A stretch of 63,973 nt of DNA, counting the filler, from Reticulomyxa filosa (Eukaryota > Protista > Foraminifera), in the NCBI GenBank assembly GCA_000512085.1. It is 25 parts of 25 records of this genome, joined end to end, with 100 filler letters (N's around TTAATTAATTAA, not from the genome) between each part and the next. Parts side by side here need not be neighbours in the genome. Positions count along the whole stretch, not along the records: positions 41,342 to 42,527 come from ASPP01012171.1; positions 42,628 to 45,203 come from ASPP01014952.1; positions 45,304 to 49,102 come from ASPP01016303.1; positions 49,203 to 50,917 come from ASPP01002894.1; positions 51,018 to 52,854 come from ASPP01001580.1; positions 52,955 to 54,005 come from ASPP01033427.1; positions 54,106 to 55,115 come from ASPP01037091.1; 18 more parts are not named here. One strand, written 5' to 3'. Positions within the stretch are counted from its first letter, which is position 1. Each line of letters begins with the position of its first letter. Under the pieces are notes generated by a model. It did no database searches and had not been told where the DNA came from. It saw only the letters and a program-made list of their open reading frames with translations. Of this stretch, positions 41,242-55,215 are shown in pieces. The position numbers and the translations under genes are program-made.

Positions 41242-41942
41242 NNNNNNNNNNNNNNNNNNNNNNNNNNNNNNNNNNNNNNNNNNNNTTAATTAATTAANNN
41301 NNNNNNNNNNNNNNNNNNNNNNNNNNNNNNNNNNNNNNNNNGGGGCAACACAAATTTAAAAAAAAAAAAACGAAGCGCAAAAAGTTGTTAAAGATTTGGG
41401 CACCGGATTTATACAAACACAAATTCAAAATCAACTTTTTAAATCCTTTTCTTCTAATGGTGGTCCTTGATAAAAACTACTTCCAAAATATAAACATATG
41501 CCCTTTTTATTTAAAAAAAAAAGGGAAACTCACACAACTGATCAAAAACAAAAGGCAACAAACGCTTTTTTTTGTTTTGTTTTTTTGCAAATTTCGAATT
41601 ATAATAATGTTACATTGAAATTTTTCTTTGCCAGCCTATGGCTCTGCTTTTTGTTGATCGGCAATGGTTTTGCGTTTTCTGACTTTTTGTTTGTGAGGTT
41701 TACAATTATTGAATGAAGAGACGTCGCAGATAAAGTCCAGCTGTTTTCAGTTATTGTTCTATTAAATTAAATCACTCACAGAGCCACCAGATAACGATCA
41801 CAATACGTTATTAGTGTTCACAAAAAAAATTTCTACGGTTGTGTTAAAAAAAAGCCCCTTTGAACCAAATTTCCTTGTTCATTGAAATTGATCATATTCA
41901 CATATATTCTCTCCAGATTAATATACAATAAAAAAGAGAAAA

Positions 41943-42515
41943 ATGTCCAACGAGGAGGATACTGAAAAATGGGATGATGGTGACGAAGCAGCAGAAGATG
42001 ACGCTGGATGGGACGACGATAACGACAACGCAGAGGAAGACTGGGGCGTTACAATGAGTACAGGACCAACACATACTGCAGACATGGATATTGAGCCAAC
42101 GACGAGCAGTCAAGCAGTGGTTGCATTGACTAAAAATGAAATCGATGCAGCCATCGGTAAAAGAGTGCAGCAATTGAAAGATCAAATTGAATTGGACGGT
42201 TATTTTTTTTTTTTTTTTTAAAAAGTATACGTACTAAAAAAAAGTTGTGATTTTTGACAAGCTTTTTTTTTTTTTTAAAAAAAAAAACAAATAAACAAAC
42301 AAGAAAATGATTGCTTATTGCTGTTGAGAAAATGGAAATGGAGTGTAGCACAAGTGATGGATGTATACTTTACAAACTCGGATAAGATCCGGTCAGAAGC
42401 TGGAATCTGCTTGAACCTTCAAAAGCCCAAGTTGAAGTCAGGCAAAATTGAGTGTCAAGTGTGTATGGAAAATGTGGACATCAAAATTGTGTTCAGCTTG
42501 GAATGTGGCCATCAA
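41943..42515 (+). CDS. Ariadne-family RBR E3 ubiquitin ligase N-terminus, 3' partial
   Basis: Acidic N-terminus, UBA-like LLLRKWKWSVAQVMDVYF..IRSEAGI, and RING1 start ECQVC..FSLECGH. Confidence 0.88.
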
Positions 42516-42627
42516 GTTTATTTATTTNNNNNNNNNNNNNNNNNNNNNNNNNNNNNNNNNNNNNNNNNNNNTTAATTAATTAANNNNNNNNNNNNNNNNN
42601 NNNNNNNNNNNNNNNNNNNNNNNNNNN

Positions 42628-42660
<33 letters not shown>

Positions 42661-42724
42661 CTATGTTTCATATAATTGTGCAAGATATATGTTTGTCAAT
42701 CTTTTTTTTTTTCCTTTTGAAAAG

Positions 42725-42989
42725 GTATGGCTCTCAATTTCATCCAGAAAAACCAATGTTTGAATATGCACGAAATGTTCCCAAAACATTAAATGCCATT
42801 TGCGCGAATCAATATTTTGCACAGTTCTTTGTCAACGAGTGTCGTATTCGAAATAATCGAGTCATGGACCAGTCCTTGTATCAAATGTTAAATATTTTCA
42901 ATGACCCTGCTCATTTTGTTGCTTCTCAAAGTGACAATGAATATCAACAAATGTTTCTTTTTCCTTCTGCACAACTGTCTTATCATTAG
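42725..42989 (+). CDS. GGH: Gamma-glutamyl hydrolase, terminal exon
   Basis: YGSQFHPEKPMFE (catalytic His-Glu), NAICANQYFAQFFVNECR..N, YQQMFLF. Confidence 0.85.
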
Positions 42990-44539
42990 ATAATGATTTA
43001 TGCTGTGAAATCAAGTAGTTCATTATCTAAATTGTAAATTTTGCTTTTTTCCAAAATCCATAATCACTTGACAGAAAATATGATTAACCTCCAAAACAAA
43101 TTGATTGACATTGTTTTGTAGGACAGTCTCCGGTCGCAATTTAATTGCATACGAATGACTGTCAAAGCTTTTCATTAAGCTGAACGATAGACGTAATTTT
43201 CCATTTTGTTTTTTTGTGCTCGAATTCCACATGTGATAATCACTTTTTGTTTACTATCTGTGTAGCGAAAATAAAATAAAAAATCAATCTTTTTTGATTT
43301 TCTATTTTTTCTTCACAACAGAAATAGAACTAAGTAAATGTTGCTACTTTTGTCTTAAATGATATAAAAAAATTTACAAATTTAAGTGACAAATTGGCTA
43401 AAATTAGCTTTTAGCACAATGTTGTAAGCAAATACGATAAGTTCCACTAAAAGAAATTTTTATAAAAAGTGTGATACATGTGCTGATTTTTGTATGAACC
43501 CAAATATATATTTAAATTATTTGAATAGTTTTATATGTTAAAGTATTGTTATCCAGTCTGATATTTCGTCGATATATTTATTTATTTTCACTTAATAAAA
43601 TTTGTCATAAAAAGCCAAAATATAATTCTATTTATATTGTATATGCATAACACTTCTTTTTTTGGAAATGTTTATAACAATCTTTTATTCTTTACGAGTT
43701 AGCTTGTCTTTCAAAAAAGCTTATGTTTGGTTTTGCTATAATGTTTTTTGTATGCTGAATATTTACTATGAATTCTTTCTATGTTGTAAGACAAAAATGT
43801 AATATGCAATCGGGTCAATCTTAAAATTTCAATTGTGCATTCTAAAGTTTTTTTACATCATAATACGAATGACACTCTTGAGCAAAAAGGCGTTCCATCA
43901 GTTTCTTTTGTTTCGTTACATAAATTTAAAGCAAAACAACGAAACTTCTCTCTTCACACTGCTGTTTACCGTTTTATAGCCCAAATTTTTTAACGTTGTA
44001 ATTGCGATGTTATAAAAGTAACCTTTTTTAAATTGTTATGTTTTCTCAGTCATCTAATTTTGCTATTATTTTTCTTTGCTATGTTGTGCTTTTTAAGTTG
44101 TCTATTTTTTAAAATTCATTCGGAAATATGAAAGAAATTTCGTGACACGTAATTAGTACAATAAAAAGAATGTTTTCACTCTTTTATTTTTTGAATTTTT
44201 TAGCTTATGGCATGTTGTCCAGGCTGTCATGTGAACAAGCTAGAGACAATATGACCAGTTTTTGCAAAATATCAATCAATGTTTTTTATCGTCTTTTACA
44301 GAGTTTGTTTCAACAAAAATTTGGTTTTGCACATTTGTTTAAAACGATTTAAAATTTGAGCATTTCTTATTTTTTAAAAAATTGTAATGTGTACTCGCAC
44401 TAATTTTTATTGATTTGGACTACCCATTACCCAGTTTTTTTCCGAACGGGCCAGAGTCCATAATTAACGAGGTTTTCTTTTAATTTTATACTATTGATAT
44501 TATATAATTATTAATTACACCTGTTTGTGGTAAGTAGAA

Positions 44540-45180
44540 ATGACGGAAGACATGAAGCCAGATGAAGAAAGAAGAAAAAAGTTAGTGCCAGTGTTGGCAC
44601 GTGTATTATCTGAACTTTGCAAGCGAAATGATCCAATTCCGGTCGATTCGTCTCAAGTGACCAAATTTCACGCTCTCAAAGTCCCTGGGATCGCCATTGA
44701 AGATTATTTGCACCGGTGTTTATATTTATGTATTTTTAAAAAATTATTGTTTGTTGTTTTGTGTAGTGACAAATGAATGGTAAAGCAAACAAACTAGTCA
44801 ATAAATGTTTGGCATGTTCATGAGAAGTACGAGTGTGAATGTTGGTGGGATTGTGAATAATATAGGATAGGTAAATATTCAGGTTGCTCAGAGGAGTGTT
44901 TCATATTGAGTTTAATCTACGTGGACCGACTGATAAACCAAAATGAAAACTTAATTGTCAACTCCTTTTGCGTCCACCGACTGATGATCACAAGGTATCT
45001 ATTTCCAAAATTGATAAAAGAGTAGGGAGTTACACAAGTTTCTTTTTTAAAAAAAAAACATACAAAGTTTGTGTTTTTTGATTGTTACCTTTGTCAGCAT
45101 TATGTTAGCAGCAAAATTTTTTGATGACCAGTACTTCAACAATGCGTATTATGGAAAAGTTGGTGGTGTCAATTCTAAAG
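44540..45180 (+). CDS. PHO80-like / cyclin-U (P-type) cyclin, 3 exons, 3' partial
   Basis: [17 protein letters not shown]|[33 protein letters not shown]|[25 protein letters not shown]. Confidence 0.93.
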
Positions 45181-45357
45181 GTCATATTTCTTTTTTTTTT
45201 TTTNNNNNNNNNNNNNNNNNNNNNNNNNNNNNNNNNNNNNNNNNNNNTTAATTAATTAANNNNNNNNNNNNNNNNNNNNNNNNNNNNNNNNNNNNNNNNN
45301 NNNAATGTATATGTGTGCATATGTACTATATGTTGGAAACCCAATACCGATGCGACA

Positions 45358-48125
45358 GAACAACCATTCAAGCGTCCATTGCAGAAGTCACATGGACATT
45401 TAGTCGCGTGTCCACACTTTTGTCGCATTCTCCAAGGCATTTATCCGGCGGCTATCAGCGTCGACGCTCAAGACATGCTGTCCCGCATTTTCATGATCGA
45501 TCCAGACGACCGCGCCACCATCGAAGAAATCATTGGTCATTCTTGGTTCAATGGCAATGTTCCCACACGCGAAGATTTGTATGCGTATATGATTGATCGG
45601 TCCAAAAAAGTGTGGAAAGACCAAGGTTTTTATATATAATGTATATTACATATCTAATTTTTTTAAAAAAAAAAAAATGATAATAGTAATAATAATAATA
45701 ACGTTTATTATTAACACTCAAATAAAAACTATTTTTTAAAAAAAAGGAATTCCACACATGATCCCAATATTGGAAGAAATGCATAGCCAAGCATTGGCGA
45801 AGGAAACACAAAGTGGTTCATCCGACCCCAATCCAAATGGCGAGGAAGAAGAGGAACCCGAATTGGCCCAGTTTTCACCTTCTCCGGCCCCTCCAGCGAG
45901 CTCGTCGTTTGTGTCGGGTTCTCCTATTTCTTGGCATGCACCTTCCGTTGCACCAGCGATGCCAATGGAAAGACGAGTCGGGACTACCATGGCAGAGTCT
46001 GCGTCTGTCACAGTCGCTTCCCAATCCTCGTCATCGTGCCATCCTTCCACCACCGCCACGGTTGCAACGAAACCTGATCTTGGCGAGACTGACCACAAGC
46101 CAATGACTGAAAAATCCTCGAGCAAATCACAACCGTCATCATCATCAAAATCGTCGTCGTCATCAACACATGCCACAACAAAGACAAAAGCAGCCACGAC
46201 TACAACAACAACTGCGATCACTACCACTGCTGCTGCTACAACAACATCAACATCAACATCGACATCACATCGACATCGACATCGACATCGACAGCCACAA
46301 CAACACCTGCAAGCCCTTCCAACGACTATGGCAAGCGAAAAGACAGCGATGAGTCCGAAGGTGAAGAACTCACTATGCCACGACCTGCTTATATGACTCC
46401 AGAGGCCAGATCCGTGGCCGAGGTTTGCACTCTTTTGCACCCACCACTTGGTGTTTTTTTTTTCTCCCCTACACTTATCCACTTCAAAAGAAAAAACACA
46501 ATACAATACAATACAATAAAACAAAATAAATAAATAAGGTGGCAGAACGAGCCTATCAATGGGAACGCCAACAAGCACTTGAACGGAAACGTCGACGACA
46601 AAGTTTGACAAAAAAAACAGAGCCTACGACGGCGATGGAGAGCAGTGGCGGCGTCGACACGAACAATATCATGTGCGTGAATGAATCCACGAATATGATG
46701 TCCGTCACCAACACTTGTGAGCAATCGGGTACCAACAAGTCAGCGACCAATACACAATCCAATCGCGATGCCACTGCTGGCATCACAGACATTAATACCA
46801 ACACTAACACTAATACTAATGCTAATACTAACACTAATAACACCAATATCGACAACACCACGAACGCCAACAGCAACAACAAGCCCAACACTGTACAAAC
46901 AGAACACGATTCAAATGGCAATGAAAAGGAAGACGATAAAAATGCTACTGAATGCACGGCTGCAACAATTCATGAAAATGCTTCGCTTTCCACAAATGAG
47001 TTCAATGAGGGCCAATCTGAGTCGGCGTCGCCTCCGCTGGATCAACCAAGGTAGGCCATTCCACAAAATAAAAAATATAAAATTGTGTGAATAAATACAT
47101 CTCATTTTATCAATATGCTTTTTTTTTTTTTTTCTATTGCGAATTGATGTGAAGTAGACCAGTCCCAATTATAGAAAAGCCTACCCAAACGAAACAAGGA
47201 AGAATCCATCAAGGCAGTAGCTTCGATGACTGCGTGAACACTTGCTTGGATTCAGAAATGAGGGCTTCTTCAACTCAACGTGAACATTCGATTACTCGTG
47301 ATTTTGCGGATGAAAAGAAAATTGGATCCAGCTCCTCGTTGAACGCTCTTGGCCTTTGTCATGATGCCTCAGGGTGCAAAAAGAATTTGCTGAGTCATAC
47401 TTCAAATAACTCCGAACGAAAACGGGAAACGGAAAGAGGAAGAGAACGGTGCATAGCGACAACCGAAACACAAAAACATGAAGTTGTAAATGATGATGAA
47501 TTAAAACAAAAATCAAAAAGCCCGGACGATAGCAAAAAAACTTTAAAAAGTAGACAGCCAATCATGGATGAATCGGGAATGAACGAAACTCAAACCCAAT
47601 GCGATATTACTGCAAATGGGCCCATTTCTTTGCTGATTCAACATATTAAGCAAGTATGTTTGATGGAAGGAAATTTATCCTTTGCAATTTGCTCCGGAAA
47701 AGATTCTACAGCAATAAATAATGTTTTGTCTTTTTATTATTTTGCTTCTTTCTTTTCCAATATTTTTTTTTGTATTGTGCTTATTTAGTTTTTTTATCAT
47801 AAACAATAAATAGATGGTAGAATTGGTTCAAATCGACAGCAGACTGACTCATCGAAATGGAAACGAATCACTACGTTGTACAATCACATTTCACCGACTA
47901 TCAGACATCACCAGTGCATCTATACCATTGCCAGCAGAGGATACGAACATTAATGATATTATGTCAATAAACAATGACAACAGCAACAATCATATCAATG
48001 GTTTTGACTGGGCTGATTTCAATGTCAAATATCGCATTTCCATTCGAAAGCAGCAAGGAAATATTGTTGACTTTCAACGCATTGCCCGCCACATTAAAAA
48101 AAAAACTGCACCCTTTCATCTGTGA
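45358..48125 (+). CDS. CAMK-group Ser/Thr kinase C-terminal half, with long low-complexity linker and KA1-like tail; 5' partial
   Basis: Subdomain XI ISVDAQDMLSRIFMIDPDDRATIEEIIGHSWF, S/T/N-rich exons, and terminal YRISIRKQQGNIVDFQRIARHIKK resembling KA1. Confidence 0.7.
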
Positions 48126-48719
48126 CTAATACAAACGGAATATTAACTAATCTCTCAATTTCATATCGCATTTTTCCAAACATACTCAAAAAATTATGGT
48201 TGCAACAAAACCACTTTTATCTTATTTGAGAAAAATATCTTGGTTGTTGTTATTTTTCTATCATTATCTGCACACATGGTGATGTATCTTTTTGTGTACA
48301 GTTGCTGTTGTTCGTTCTTTTTTTATACCTTTTTTTACTTTTTTTTGGTTGGCGAATTATTTTTGTTTTTCCCGCTTTGGAATAAATTTGATTGTTTTTT
48401 TTTCTATTTGATTGTTTTTTTAAGAAAAGGAAACACTTGACATGCATCTTTCTAATTGAGGTAATCCCTTTTGTTGCTAGAAGAAACATTTACTTGATAT
48501 TGATTATTTTTGTTCCTGCCATTGCATGGCAACAAAAGCTTGTCAAAGCTAACTTAATTGTTTTAAAGAACTTTTCAGAGTGCAAACAAAAACAGTAATG
48601 AAGTTTTTTCATTGCAATTGATGTTGTAAATCTTGTAAATCTTTCCCAACTTTCAAAAAAAAAAATCTTACATGCATTTCCATTCAAAACTTACAAAAGG
48701 TTACAAATTCCAATCTTTT

Positions 48720-49102
48720 TCATTCCACCAAATACACTTCTATCTCTTTCACTTTGAATTTATTTGCACCTGCCAGTCTTGTATTGTCACTTGGACCAGT
48801 GTACCTGCTTGGATTGCAGGAATTATTATTTGAATTGCAATTGTCATAAATACGGAAGTCATTGCCACCTATAATAAAAATGGATATGAAAACAATAACA
48901 AAAAAAACATTTGAACATAAATATTGTTATCAATCCTATTTTTTTATTTTTATTTTTTTATGTTTTACTTTCTTACCAAAGTATGGACCATATGATGAAA
49001 TGTCATAGATTGCATTGCCTTCTTGTCCAGATTTGATAGTAAATTTTTGAGGATTGTCACCTTTTCCACTTCTCAACAAATACACAAATGCTCCTGCATC
49101 AT
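48720..49102 (-). CDS. TLDc-domain protein, last 2 exons
   Basis: AFVYLLRS..PQKF..AIYDISSYGPYFG|GGNDFRIYDNCN..LAGANKFKVKEIEVY*. Not in the ORF track because it is split by an intron. Confidence 0.85.
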
Positions 49103-49370
49103 NNNNNNNNNNNNNNNNNNNNNNNNNNNNNNNNNNNNNNNNNNNNTTAATTAATTAANNNNNNNNNNNNNNNNNNNNNNNNNNNNNNNNNNNNNNNNNN
49201 NNGCTTAAGAGGTAGGTTACATGAAGAAACACAAGATAAATTGATAAAAATAACAGAATATTTGATACTAGCATCTACACAAGTGATCACTTCATCATCT
49301 TTTTTAACTTCAGTAACCCATCTGCGAACTAGACTCTTCATTTAATACAATTCATTCATAAAGAAAAAAT

Positions 49371-50843
49371 TTAAGATTTGGCATTATACCACGAATCTAC
49401 AATTTTAATGTCAACGTGGAAATAGAGATCAGCATCCCACGGTTTTTGCATATGTTGAACGACAAGATTTGCCGCCTGTTGTGCGTTTTCTTGGGGGCCT
49501 TCCAAGATAAGTTCATCATGAACTTGAAGGACTAATTGAAACCCAAGTTTTTGAATTTGGGAATCATTCCAAATATTGAGCATTGCTTGAACAACGATAT
49601 CTGCAGCAGTTCCTTGAATTGGAGTGTTCATAGCTTTCCTCATGAGCTGAGAGAAGTGTGAGGGTTTCAGCACTGTGTCACTTTTTTTGATATCGTATCT
49701 GTAAAATCGATACCACTCTTCAGATATATCAATATTTTTTTTTTTCAAGCATCTGGACAAAAACTTTTCACGCGTACGGCTATCAGCAAGCAGAGGGAAA
49801 AAATTTTGGAGCAACTCATTATTTTTTTCATTACTTTTGGGGACCGGAAATTGGAATAAATTTCGTGGCCTTTGCAATATAGTGAAGCATTTTCCTTTTT
49901 GAATAGCTTGCAATAAGGTTTGGTTTTGCCACGCCTTCACTTCGGGACGATCTTTGTACCACGAGGAGAGCAAAGCGTTGGCCTCGTCCATAGAGAGTCT
50001 GCACTCGCGCATAACGCGAAGAGGAGAGCTACCATACGCGATTCCAAACGCAATGGTTTTGGCATGATGGCGTTCTTTGCTAAACTTTGCTTTCAGCAAT
50101 GGAATGGAGTCTTTGTTCGGTGATGTGCTTTGTGCTCGGTGAGACTCGTCAATGAACAGTTTTCCTTCTTTCACCTCTTTCTCAATCGCCGGAAACAACG
50201 ACACGGCCGTTCGGCTGTGAAAGTCGCCTCCTGACTGGAACGCGTTCAACATGTACTTGCAATTCGACAAATACGCCAATACGCGCAATTCCAACTGCGA
50301 GTAGTCTGCCACTATCAATTTCTTATTTGGATCGGTGCGAAATGCTTGTCGAAGATGATATTTATCCTTTTTTTTTTTTTAAAAAAAAACAAACGTATAC
50401 AAATATATATATATGTATACGTATGTAAAAAAATTGTTTGATTGATACATTTCTTCCTCCCCCTTTTTTTTTTAAAAAAGGTTACGTGAACAATTGGTTG
50501 GTTTTGTAAATTAGGCTTTTGCGAAGACAGCCTGCCCGTTTCGGTGTTAAGATTGAGTTGAGAGAAAATTCTTCGTGTGCTTGGAGAGCTGTCCATATCG
50601 ATGGCGCATCTTTGCAAGGGCTCGATATACGTTTGGATTTGCGTGGTAATGGAGTTGCCTTGCTGCAACGAGGTCACTGCTTTGTGCGCCTCGTTCGCCT
50701 CTTGCTCGTCCTTGAAGTACTCACGCAAGTCTTTCGAAAGTAGTCTGTCCACGTCGATTTTGTTAAATGTCAGCTTTTTCGGTTTGTTTGGGTCTGTTCG
50801 TTTTTTCGTATCTTCATTACTTCGATGCTTTATCCCTAACGAC
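49371..50843 (-). CDS. Family-A organellar DNA polymerase (POP type), polymerase domain, 5' partial
   Basis: LNLNTETGRLSSQKPNLQNQP, motif A IVADYSQLELRVLA, POP-typical GGDFHSRTA..PLLK..F..ER, motif B AKTIAFGIAYG, NTPIQGTAAD, motif C LQVHDELILEGP. Intron 50485-50367. Confidence 0.92.
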
Positions 50844-51394
50844 TTTTGAATTGCCAAAGGGGAAGGGGGGGGGGGGATCATTATTCAAAAAAAAAAAAAA
50901 AATAATAATAATAATAANNNNNNNNNNNNNNNNNNNNNNNNNNNNNNNNNNNNNNNNNNNNTTAATTAATTAANNNNNNNNNNNNNNNNNNNNNNNNNNN
51001 NNNNNNNNNNNNNNNNNATCCAATGCACACACACAAAAAAGAAATGGGGTTGAATGCCAACACAGTATCCAAAAAAAGCGCCAACGGTTTGTTATGCTTA
51101 TATGTAAACTGTTCTTCTTTTGTCAAAATAATATGATTGTGTGTATGTGTAATAAATAGGACTCCCCCGACCACAAAAAAAAATTTGTATTTATATTTAT
51201 TTGTTTTTCTGTACATACATTCTATAAAAAAAAAAAGTTGTTAAGTTTGTCCACAGGAAAAGCTGAAATTGGAGACCGAACTCGCTCACAAAGTTACTTG
51301 TATTCTTTTGATATTCTTAAAAATATATAATAATTTTGTTTGTGTTTTGTGACATGTTGTTTTTTTTTAAATGTTGAAAGTGGGGAAGGGGAAA

Positions 51395-51635
51395 AAATTA
51401 ATATAAAAAGGAATGGAAAAAAAAAGGAGAAAAAAAAGAAATTAGAAAAAAATAGAAAAAAAAAGAAAAAAAGAAAGGAGAAAAAAAAAAATGAGAAAAA
51501 AAATTGTTATTATGAAAGAAAAAAATAATGATAAAAAAAGAATGATGAAAAAAAGAAAAATAGAAAAAAGAGAAAATAGAAAAGAAAAAGAGAAAAAGAA
51601 AAAAATGAAAAAAGAAAGAGAAAAAAGAAAAAAAA
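51395..51635 (+). repeat. Purine-rich low-complexity (GA4-7)n-like tract
   Basis: About 240 bp of almost only A/G; produces spurious poly-K/poly-F ORFs. Confidence 0.85.
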
Positions 51636-51954
51636 TTATAATGTTTTTTTTTTAAAGTTGGAGATATGACTCCAAAAATAAATAGCGCCGCGGTGGGCGT
51701 CGACAAATAGTTAAGTAAAATAAATAATTATATTTATTTTTTATATTTGATTTGTTTAAAATAAAAAAATAAGACTGAAAACGACAGCAGTGAACAACAA
51801 ACAACGAGTTCAAATACATCAAACTCACATTCTTCTTATTTTTATACTGCCATTGTGTGTTTTTCCATTTTTTTTGTCAAGATTTATTGTGTTATGATAT
51901 ACAGACTTGAATCCTGCTTCAAACGACCAACTTGACGAGTTTTGAAGACAATAT

Positions 51955-52854
51955 ATGGTAATTATGGTTTTTTACAAATTTGTCTTGGATGGTGCCGTAC
52001 CATTGTGTTTTTCAGTGTTGCGCAGGTTATATCTCGCATGGGGACAAATTATATCGACAATAAAGGACAAAGGCGTGCAATGTCGTACAAGCGGCTTTAA
52101 ATGCCGAATACGAACAAAATGGTACATTAGCAAAGATCCTGGGCTACAACAAGAACAAAGGCGAAGCGATTGCAAATTGAAGTGCGTATGTATTTGGATA
52201 TAGTTGCTAACACAAGGTACTGAGTTTTGTAACAATAATTATAGTGCGCATATCAATTAGCATTGTGAATGACACATAGTTATTGCGTAGGGAGATGGCG
52301 ACAAGCCTTCAAATGGAAAGAACGATAAGGGTATTACGATTAATACATATAGATGCGCAAATCCCTTGTCCAGCAAGAGCCAGTTTGTTCTCACATGCTA
52401 TACATTACGTTTTGCAGTACCAATTCTGGAAGTTTCGGCGTGTGTCACTATTTGTCAACATTTACCACAATGGAGCAAATGATATAAACTTTATCTGTTG
52501 TTATAATACATAGATCTGGCATGTGGACATTTGATAATATATCACTCGTATGGAAAGTGTCGATTATTTGGCTGCAGACATGGAACAACGCAATGTTTGG
52601 ATATTAAATATCCAAGCGTATGCTGTGTGGCGAATGAACTTGAATATTATTGTGAGCAAAGTTTTGGATTTGCTTGTAATTCTTTCACGTGTTGAAGAAC
52701 TTGCTCACAATAATTTCCTATTTTCGATGCGGGATCCTTCTTGTGAAGACATGGGCGTCTTGTTCGATTCGGGGTACTGAAGTTATTCCAAATGCATTGT
52801 TGGAAAGAATTGCGTGATGCAAGGAATTGAATGACCGTAGTGCAATGTACAATG
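51955..52854 (+). pseudogene. Degenerate coding relic with a PH-like segment
   Basis: Short broken ORFs; ESVDYLAADMEQRNVWILNIQ resembles a PH C-terminal helix. Confidence 0.3.
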
Positions 52855-52954
52855 NNNNNNNNNNNNNNNNNNNNNNNNNNNNNNNNNNNNNNNNNNNNTT
52901 AATTAATTAANNNNNNNNNNNNNNNNNNNNNNNNNNNNNNNNNNNNNNNNNNNN

Positions 52955-54005
52955 CAAAATGGCAATGCTATAAATGATGGTGCATTCATTCGGTTTGACT
53001 CGACATCCAATTGTTTCATATCATTGCATAAATATCCATTGAAACGACAGCGACAAATGTTCTTGGATCGCGTGCGTTCACACATTGTGTCGACAAAGCA
53101 CACAAAGCATTGGAGGCATTGTGGCTATCGTGTTTGCCAGGACAAGCAGGAATCTTTTTCAATTTTCATTGTATTCAAACATTTTTGTGGAAGTGGATGC
53201 GATGTGATCCCCACTCTTGCCCGCCTTTGCACGTGCTTCAAGCAGCATCTTCACTATGTGCCACCTTTATCTATCTCTATATCAAAGATGTGCAGACAGT
53301 AAACTATCAGCAGTCCAAGCAGATCTTTATCGAGCACTTTTCGCGTGGGTCTTCTTTGAAGATCAAATCAAAGTCAAAGATCGAGCAGACGAAACGAGAA
53401 TTGAAGAAGCTGTGATCGATCATGTTAAACAAGAAAAACTTGTATGAGTGGGAGGAACTGAAACAGAAGGAAAACCATGAGCCAACGAAAGAGTGGATCG
53501 TGTCGTTGATTGCACTGGCAAAGAGTGACAAGGACTGGCCGTGGTGTTGGTCCTTGCAGATAGACAAACAAGTCGCCCCTTTTTTCATGCATGTCATGTC
53601 GCTTGTTATCACATTGCGCAAGATAATGTCAATGGAAGTGTGTCTGCAATTGCTGGGTAATATTCTTTATCATTGGTTGTATAATCGACGATGTGAGGAT
53701 CTTACAAATGAAATGTTCGACTTTGTTATTGACACGAGACTTTGCAACCTGTTCTTTTTTTTATTCACTTAATTCAAAGTTTTGTTTATCTTTTTTTATT
53801 TTCAATTATTTATGCTTTAGATACAGAAATTGATAAAGATATTTCATTGAATGAAGCAAATAAAAAAGTACATGAAATGGTGAATGAAATGATTAATAAT
53901 AAACAACAAGGAATTGTTATTGTTGCAAAAAATATTGATGAATTATCAAAATTAAATTATAAATTACCTGAATATGATGTTCCTTTCTCAATGATGATTA
54001 ATTCA
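52955..54005 (+). pseudogene. Frameshifted coding relic followed by an AT-rich family-type exon
   Basis: Overlapping ORFs change frame repeatedly (53024, 53217, 53422). An exon after the AG at 53820 (DTEIDKDISLNE..QQGIVIVAKN) differs in composition. Confidence 0.4.
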
Positions 54006-55215
54006 NNNNNNNNNNNNNNNNNNNNNNNNNNNNNNNNNNNNNNNNNNNNTTAATTAATTAANNNNNNNNNNNNNNNNNNNNNNNNNNNNNNNNNNNNNNN
54101 NNNNNATTAATTTTAAGGATTCGACAAAATTAGTTTTAACTGGACCCTGTTTTATTTTCTCAATAAATCTATTTAAAAGAAAAATGCTCTTAGGACCTTT
54201 GTACAAATTGTCATTACCGCGACTACATCTCTCAAACACCGCAGTTATCCATAAGCTACTTTGAATATTTACTTCAAATGTAATTCATTACATTAAATCA
54301 ACAATCGTAACGCCCATAATCAAATTATATTATTTTGCATTATCTGTATAATGTTTTATTACAATACAAAGGATAAATAAAACACTACACTCACTAATGT
54401 GTATCACATTTTAAGTTCTTTAGGCAAAGTGCAATCGTTCAAGATAAAAGACTACTTCAGTTTATAATTTTTTTGTAGGTTACTTAAAAACAGGATAACA
54501 GCGCTTAGTTTATTTAAAAGTTTAATCAATGGGTAATATACGTCGTAATGCACATAAACACAGTTGTCTTTTTTCAGGTTTGCTAGAAGGCAAAGAAAAA
54601 AATGACATCACATATAAATGCAACTTGCTGTTGTAGCACTATTTGCTTTCTGACGAATAGTATTGCAATCACTCCAGTTACAGTACTTGTAATAACAATG
54701 ATTTTGGTTTTGAATGCTTCCACACGATTCAATAAACTATTTCGAAGTGAGACTGAATTTTGTTTTTATTTGGCTGTCAAACGGCGTGCTAAATTCTTTA
54801 ATCCTTTCACATTGTTCCATTAGATTTGAAAAAAGGTTGCAAATGCAATAATTTTGATTGTTTATATATTTTTATAAACAGCTTCAGTCAAAGTATTAAA
54901 GCAATTAAATCAACAATTGTATATCAACATAATGGAATGTGTTTTTCTATAGGTCCACAAGTTTAAATATTTTTAAAACTTGTTTAGCAAAAAAATAGGC
55001 CAAAAAAGACAAAATTAAAAAGAAAACTTTAAATTGGGCAGCGCCATCCAATTAAAATTTTTCTTTTTCGATTTTTTATTAAAGATTATTAATTAAATAC
55101 ATTACCAAATATAGANNNNNNNNNNNNNNNNNNNNNNNNNNNNNNNNNNNNNNNNNNNNTTAATTAATTAANNNNNNNNNNNNNNNNNNNNNNNNNNNNN
55201 NNNNNNNNNNNNNNN

